Positions 16,351 to 20,000 of a stretch of 20,000 nt of DNA are shown here, piece by piece (positions within the stretch are counted from its first letter, which is position 1; the number at the start of each line of letters is the position of its first letter). The stretch lies in IMG/VR virus record IMGVR_UViG_3300025270_001776; one strand, 5' to 3'. This DNA is from an uncultured virus (IMG/VR IMGVR_UViG_3300025270_001776) (Duplodnaviria; Heunggongvirae; Uroviricota; Caudoviricetes). Both the position numbers and the translations under genes were made by a program. Below the pieces are notes generated by a model. That model was not told where the DNA came from. It saw nothing but the letters and a program-made list of their open reading frames with translations, and did no database searches.

Positions 16351-16953
16351 TTACCTTTCGTATTTAACATCTTTCTTGTCTTCTCTTTTATCTTTCTCCA
16401 AATCTCGAATTTCTCTTTCGATATTTTTGATAGCGTCCTTGTGATGCTTTAGGCGTTCACGAAGTGTTTCACTATCCATTTCTTTCTTGTCTTGATGATC
16501 TTCGTCTCGATCTAGTCTTTCATGTCTTTGACGATCAGAAGCATCTCTCTTGTCGTATCGCTCGTCTTTTTTCAGATCTTTAGTTTCTCTTTCTTTCTTA
16601 TCAGAAGGAGGATCTTTTTTAAGCTTTTTGAGTTTTTCTTTATCGTCTTTTATAGCGTCCTTTTCATGTTCTTTTTTTTCTTTTTTGGTATCACGTTTGA
16701 GTTCTTTTCTATCAATTTTATCCCAATCTTTTTTGGTTTTGCCTGATGTGCCATCAAGCTCTTCACTATATTTAGTAGCTCTATATTCATCATCAGTTTT
16801 ACCGAGAAGGCCTTGAGATTTCTTTTTTCTGAATTGACTCATACAAATAGCAATCGCTTGCTTATTATCTTTAGCCTCTTTGCTGGCAATAGGCATACAT
16901 CTTTGCACAAAATCAGATTCTTTTTCGTTTTTGTTAGGTGTTGGTAGTGGCAT
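16351..16953 (-). CDS. MPLPTP-motif protein with highly charged repetitive C-terminus
   Basis: N-terminal MPLPTPNKNEKESDFVQRCM...QAIAICMSQF, then a K/D/E/R-dominated region with internal repeats. Confidence 0.85.
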   Translation of the reverse strand: MPLPTPNKNEKESDFVQRCMPIASKEAKDNKQAIAICMSQFRKKKSQGLLGKTDDEYRATKYSEELDGTSGKTKKDWDKIDRKELKRDTKKEKKEHEKDAIKDDKEKLKKLKKDPPSDKKERETKDLKKDERYDKRDASDRQRHERLDRDEDHQDKKEMDSETLRERLKHHKDAIKNIEREIRDLEKDKREDKKDVKYER

Positions 16954-16954
16954 A

Positions 16955-17626
16955 TCAGATTCCTTTTAGTAAGTGCTGTTTAACATTATTCCACAGTACG
17001 TTTGCTAGAACTACACCAGCATCGTTATCAGAAGCATAATGAACTCCCTGTAAAACTCTCGCATAACCCGCTAGTAATCCCATCCTGTAGAACTCAGGTG
17101 CATGTTCTGGGTATATATCGCTCAGTATAGAAGCCACCAGAGCACCATAGGCAGCATGACCAGAAGGATAAGCGGGAGTTTGATGAGTATCAGTATTAAT
17201 AATATCTAGAGGGATATTAAAAATTTTAGCCAGCTGATAAGGACGTGGTCGTGAATACTGCCATTTTAATTGAATGGCGACAATTTCTAAGATATCGTTA
17301 GCTTTCTTAAATATATTATGAGGAAAAGAAAGGTTGTGTTTCTTTAAGAATGGCAGAAATAGATCGATGGGATCTTTATCCACGAGCTTTATAAGATCTA
17401 TATCTAATTTTGTACGATTACTCGTAGCCTCAGATACGTTTTTAAGCTCATTTCTGGTGATATCACTATCGTTTTGAGGAGGGGCTGGAAGGATATTTTT
17501 CCAGTCAATAGTGACAAGTTGAGATACACTTTTACGCAACAACCTACGGTAATGTGCGCTAGGTGGATAAGTGTATTTAATATTATTTATGTAGCCGCTT
17601 TCGGCGAGTAGGATCTGTTCTTCCAT
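16955..17626 (-). CDS. PAP2 superfamily phosphatase / vanadium haloperoxidase-like protein
   Basis: KWQYSRPRP, YPSGH and RVLQGVHYASD: all three PAP2 motifs. No TM helices evident. Confidence 0.9.
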   Translation of the reverse strand: MEEQILLAESGYINNIKYTYPPSAHYRRLLRKSVSQLVTIDWKNILPAPPQNDSDITRNELKNVSEATSNRTKLDIDLIKLVDKDPIDLFLPFLKKHNLSFPHNIFKKANDILEIVAIQLKWQYSRPRPYQLAKIFNIPLDIINTDTHQTPAYPSGHAAYGALVASILSDIYPEHAPEFYRMGLLAGYARVLQGVHYASDNDAGVVLANVLWNNVKQHLLKGI

Positions 17627-17819
17627 AGTCTATTTCCATTTCGATAATATCACCTTTTTGTTGGGTGCCACAAAATGGACATACAAATATGTATGATCTG
17701 CCAGATTTTGTTTCAACAATATCTACAAGATTACATAGTCTGGAATCGTATTCAGTCTTACAAGAACTACAATATAATCCATACTGACTGTGATTTATGT
17801 ACGTGTCAAACTGGCTCAT
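17583..17819 (-). CDS. Small zinc-ribbon protein
   Basis: CSSC...CPFC pairs; GGGGGTG SD. Confidence 0.7.
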   Translation of the reverse strand: MSQFDTYINHSQYGLYCSSCKTEYDSRLCNLVDIVETKSGRSYIFVCPFCGTQQKGDIIEMEIDYGRTDPTRRKRLHK

Positions 17820-17841
17820 AGTTTCACCCCCATTTTAATAT

Positions 17842-17848
17842 ATACACA
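17842..17848 (-). promoter_or_regulatory. Putative phage-specific promoter motif TGTGTAT (copy 3)
   Basis: TTTGTGTATATATTAAAAT in a 40-nt intergenic gap, 22 nt before the ATG at 17819. Confidence 0.5.
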
Positions 17849-17859
17849 AATTATGACTT

Positions 17860-18411
17860 TTAACCAAATACATCCTGAATTATACTTCCCGCATCTGTAT
17901 AAGATTTATCCTTGAGAAACCCCTTTACTGTGTCAGTGGCTTCTTTTTTGCGAAAACCAAGGGAAGTAAGGCCCTGAATTGCTTCCCGTGCCACCTGCGG
18001 GGGTGTATTATGCTTTGGTTGAGAGGGAGTCTCTACCTTTGGTTTGGGAGTAGCTTTTGGTTTCGCAGACACTGGCTTTGAGGGTGCTCGTTTTGGTTTC
18101 GAAGAAGCGGTCTTCGGTGGCCTTTGTTTGGTCACGGGTGAAGATTTAGGAGTTTTTGATGGAGACTTAGGTTGAAATACATTTTCTGTAACCCAGTCTC
18201 TAGCATCAGCATCTCCGTTAATAGCATTCTGTATGGTACGCTGTTTAATTTGTGTCCACGCTTCTGTTTCTGATTCAACAGAATTGTACTGACCAGATTC
18301 TATGTTTGACAGAATAGCTCCTACAAAATACAAAACTATAGGCACAAGAAGAGCAGCCGTAAAAATAAAAAGCAGATCAGAATTCCATGTCCCAATATTT
18401 TCCATTATCAT
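17860..18411 (-). CDS. Membrane-anchored protein with Pro/Lys linker and C-terminal RuvA domain III/UBA-like domain
   Basis: TM segment LLFIFTAALLVPIVLYFVGAIL, a P/K/S-rich linker, then EAIQGLTSLGFRKKEATDTVK...SIIQDVF. Confidence 0.75.
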   Translation of the reverse strand: MIMENIGTWNSDLLFIFTAALLVPIVLYFVGAILSNIESGQYNSVESETEAWTQIKQRTIQNAINGDADARDWVTENVFQPKSPSKTPKSSPVTKQRPPKTASSKPKRAPSKPVSAKPKATPKPKVETPSQPKHNTPPQVAREAIQGLTSLGFRKKEATDTVKGFLKDKSYTDAGSIIQDVFG

Positions 18412-18443
18412 TTTTCCCTAAATCGTGTACCAGAACCCAAATA

Positions 18444-18779
18444 TCAGACACTAAAGCTTTCCCCGCAGCCACAGGTGCGACTTGCGTTAGGATTGTTAAA
18501 GGTAAAGCCTTGTTTCATAAGGTCATTATACCAGTCGATAGTCGTGCCGTCTATATATAATTCAGATTTTTTATCAACTATAACTGTGATGCCATCCTGA
18601 TTATATTTATTGTAGATATCTTCTGTATATTCGCTTTTATCAACAAAAGAAAGTTTATAATCAAATCCTGCACATCCTCCTCCTGCTACTCCTATTCGAA
18701 GATAGGGATCGGAATCATATGAAGCATCTTTCATGACTCGTTTTACTTCTGTGACTGCCGCATCGCTAAGACTAATCAT
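18444..18779 (-). CDS. iscA: A-type Fe-S cluster carrier (IscA/HesB family)
   Basis: ISLSDAAV, LRIGVAGGGCAGFDY, GTTID and FTFNNPNASRTCGCGESFSV with all three conserved Cys. Confidence 0.95.
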   Translation of the reverse strand: MISLSDAAVTEVKRVMKDASYDSDPYLRIGVAGGGCAGFDYKLSFVDKSEYTEDIYNKYNQDGITVIVDKKSELYIDGTTIDWYNDLMKQGFTFNNPNASRTCGCGESFSV

Positions 18780-19198
18780 TTACCAACTCCTTCAAAGATA
18801 TTACCCACGACAGTTTTCTCGGCTTCATCCATGTTAATCCGATCTCCACCGGATAGAAGACACGCATAAAACATGCAGGCATCTTGATCCCATTTTACAA
18901 CCATCGTCTCCTGTGAAGCCCAATGGTCAGAAAGAATCAGATCCCCCTCATAAATCTCAACACCATTCTTATCTTTGAGTCCGGTGTATTGTTGAACAAC
19001 ATAATTCTCTGAATCTTCAACATTGGCAGCACCATTACCATACCCCTCATGGCACAAAAAACCATCGTGAGAAATTGCCAAAAAGTCTCCACTGTCTTTA
19101 TACTTTACTGGTCCTTTTCCGTATTCCCAATCCTCTTGAGACATTGTTACATATTTATTAGTTGGTTTGTGCCAAACCCTAAACTTTAGAAGTCTCAT
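18776..19198 (-). CDS. YopX family protein
   Basis: KFRVW, QYTGLKDKNGVEIYEGDL and VVGNIFE motifs. Confidence 0.92.
   Translation of the reverse strand: MRLLKFRVWHKPTNKYVTMSQEDWEYGKGPVKYKDSGDFLAISHDGFLCHEGYGNGAANVEDSENYVVQQYTGLKDKNGVEIYEGDLILSDHWASQETMVVKWDQDACMFYACLLSGGDRINMDEAEKTVVGNIFEGVGK
18941..19000. repeat. 60-bp dispersed repeat shared with 19806-19865 (YopX core)
   Basis: 54/60 identical by manual alignment; both copies encode VVQQYTGLKDKNGVEIYEGD. Confidence 0.9.
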
Positions 19199-19356
19199 TT
19201 GTCAATATCCTCTGCCCAATCTGAAAATAATAAATCACTATACCAATCTGCTTTTAAGAAACCCAGCGAAAAAACAGTAACTAAAGACTCTATAATTCGC
19301 ACCAAATGCAATACAACAAACTTACCTTTTCTTCGACATTTAGTTTTTTTAATCAT
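19195..19356 (-). CDS. Small hypothetical protein (53 aa)
   Basis: Not in the ORF track. MIKKTKCRRKGKFVVLHLVRIIESLVTVFSLGFLKADWYSDLLFSDWAEDIDK fills the gap exactly, overlapping the upstream stop and forming ATGA with the YopX start. Confidence 0.7.
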   Translation of the reverse strand: MIKKTKCRRKGKFVVLHLVRIIESLVTVFSLGFLKADWYSDLLFSDWAEDIDK

Positions 19357-19570
19357 TTTCTATCCAACTAGGAGGATACCAACTGTGAGCATCATCTTCC
19401 GCAATAAACTCTTTAATTTCAACAAAATCATGGTTAGATTCTTCACAGTCAACCGCCTGCCATTCATCGTAATGGTCAGACCATTCCCACCACTCGTCTG
19501 CGATATTTTGAATATAACACAGGTCAGTTTTTTTGTCAACAAACATTTTCCAATTAATTAGGTTTTCCAT
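19349..19570 (-). CDS. Small acidic Trp-rich hypothetical protein
   Basis: Start revised from 19603 to the ATG at 19570, just after the YopX stop, with AAGGAG upstream. Confidence 0.72.
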   Translation of the reverse strand: MENLINWKMFVDKKTDLCYIQNIADEWWEWSDHYDEWQAVDCEESNHDFVEIKEFIAEDDAHSWYPPSWIEND

Positions 19571-19571
19571 C

Positions 19572-20000
19572 TTATTTGTCAACTCCTTCAAAGATATTTC
19601 CAACTACTTCCCAAGATTTATCAGGAGGGCAACCGTAATAAAATTCTATTTCTGGCAGTTCTCCATCCTCTCCCTTTTCTGCATAAACCCATCCTTCTTT
19701 TTTATATGGGACGTATTGATATTGTAAAAGATTCCAACCAAGAATACCACCATAGTTTCTATCATTAAAGTCAACTAGACCTCTTTCTCGTCGTCTTTCT
19801 ACTATATCCCCTTCATAAATCTCTACTCCATTCTTATCTTTAAGTCCGGTGTATTGCTGCACAACAACGTGATCAGACACGTCTTCTTTTACAAGACCAG
19901 AAGTGAACATGCCACCGTGATCGTTCCCAAGCAGTACTACCATCAGTCGTGCTGTCAGAACGTCATGCCCTAGTTCATGTCTAAATTTATTGACTCGTTT
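19572..20000 (-). CDS. YopX family protein (5'-truncated by the window edge)
   Basis: QYTGLKDKNGVEIYEGDIV and EVVGNIFE motifs. The frame stays open from 19943 to 20000 (KRVNKFRHELGHDVLTARL) and the KFR.W start is not in the window. Confidence 0.9.
   Translation of the reverse strand, partial: KRVNKFRHELGHDVLTARLMVVLLGNDHGGMFTSGLVKEDVSDHVVVQQYTGLKDKNGVEIYEGDIVERRRERGLVDFNDRNYGGILGWNLLQYQYVPYKKEGWVYAEKGEDGELPEIEFYYGCPPDKSWEVVGNIFEGVDK
19806..19865. repeat. Second copy of the YopX core repeat
   Basis: 54/60 identical to 18941-19000. Confidence 0.9.

Noticed and set aside
7833..17529. Intragenic GTGTAT hexamers (7833, 12505, 14717, 17524) as promoters
   Set aside because: They lack the leading T of the intergenic copies, and the bare hexamer occurs at similar frequency on the opposite strand.
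17860..18411. Calling this gene ruvA
   Set aside because: Only the C-terminal approximately 45 aa resemble RuvA; the OB-fold and HhH DNA-binding domains are absent and a TM helix is present.
1551..19542. Nested alternative-frame minus-strand ORFs (1551-1760, 1857-2111, 2877-3080, 3920-4129, 8480-8746, 11734-11937, 14376-14567, 19360-19542)
   Set aside because: Each lies within a longer, better-supported gene and shows no family motif.
19200..19582. TTGACA hexamers at two gene ends (near 19200-19205 and 19577-19582)
   Set aside because: No acceptable -10 box at 16-18 nt spacing; explained by IDK/VDK codons.
725..19727. All plus-strand ORFs in the track (for example 725-910, 8346-8735, 9298-9555, 15063-15371, 16550-16816, 19199-19561)
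   Set aside because: They are antisense shadows of well-supported minus-strand genes, with no recognisable motifs; 19199-19561 is better explained by two tiled minus-strand ORFs.
1..20000. Alternative genetic code (stop-codon reassignment)
   Set aside because: TAA, TAG and TGA each end genes at positions that tile with neighbours, and conserved genes are uninterrupted.
1..20000. CRISPR array, tRNA, rRNA, intron, intein or transposase
   Set aside because: No regularly spaced repeats; intergenic gaps are at most about 120 nt and show no cloverleaf; nrdJ and thyX are continuous with no intein motifs seen.

Overview
AT-rich, gene-dense window with every credible gene on the minus strand, many overlapping stop/start codons and TAA, TAG and TGA all used as stops (standard code). 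The content points to a large lytic dsDNA tailed phage; the host cannot be determined from this window. In transcription order (right to left): two YopX paralogs and small ORFs; IscA/HesB; a membrane protein with a RuvA-C-like tail; a Zn-ribbon protein; a PAP2 enzyme; two paralogous 'MPLPTP' proteins; an M19 dipeptidase; ThyX; a seven-gene glycan-modification cluster (HAD phosphatase, three glycosyltransferase-like proteins, Stf0-like sulfotransferase, DUF6473-like protein, cytidylyltransferase); a membrane module with an MMP-like matrixin (Tat-like leader, cysteine switch) and a holin-like ORF; a sigma-70-type factor; a putative structural protein; dCMP deaminase; class II ribonucleotide reductase; and a truncated tail-tube-like gene. 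Three ORFs absent from the ORF track were read by hand (1-562, 6644-6823, 19195-19356). Regulatory signals include sigma70 promoters, intrinsic terminators and a recurring intergenic TGTGTAT motif. All family calls come from motif recognition by eye; no searches were run.
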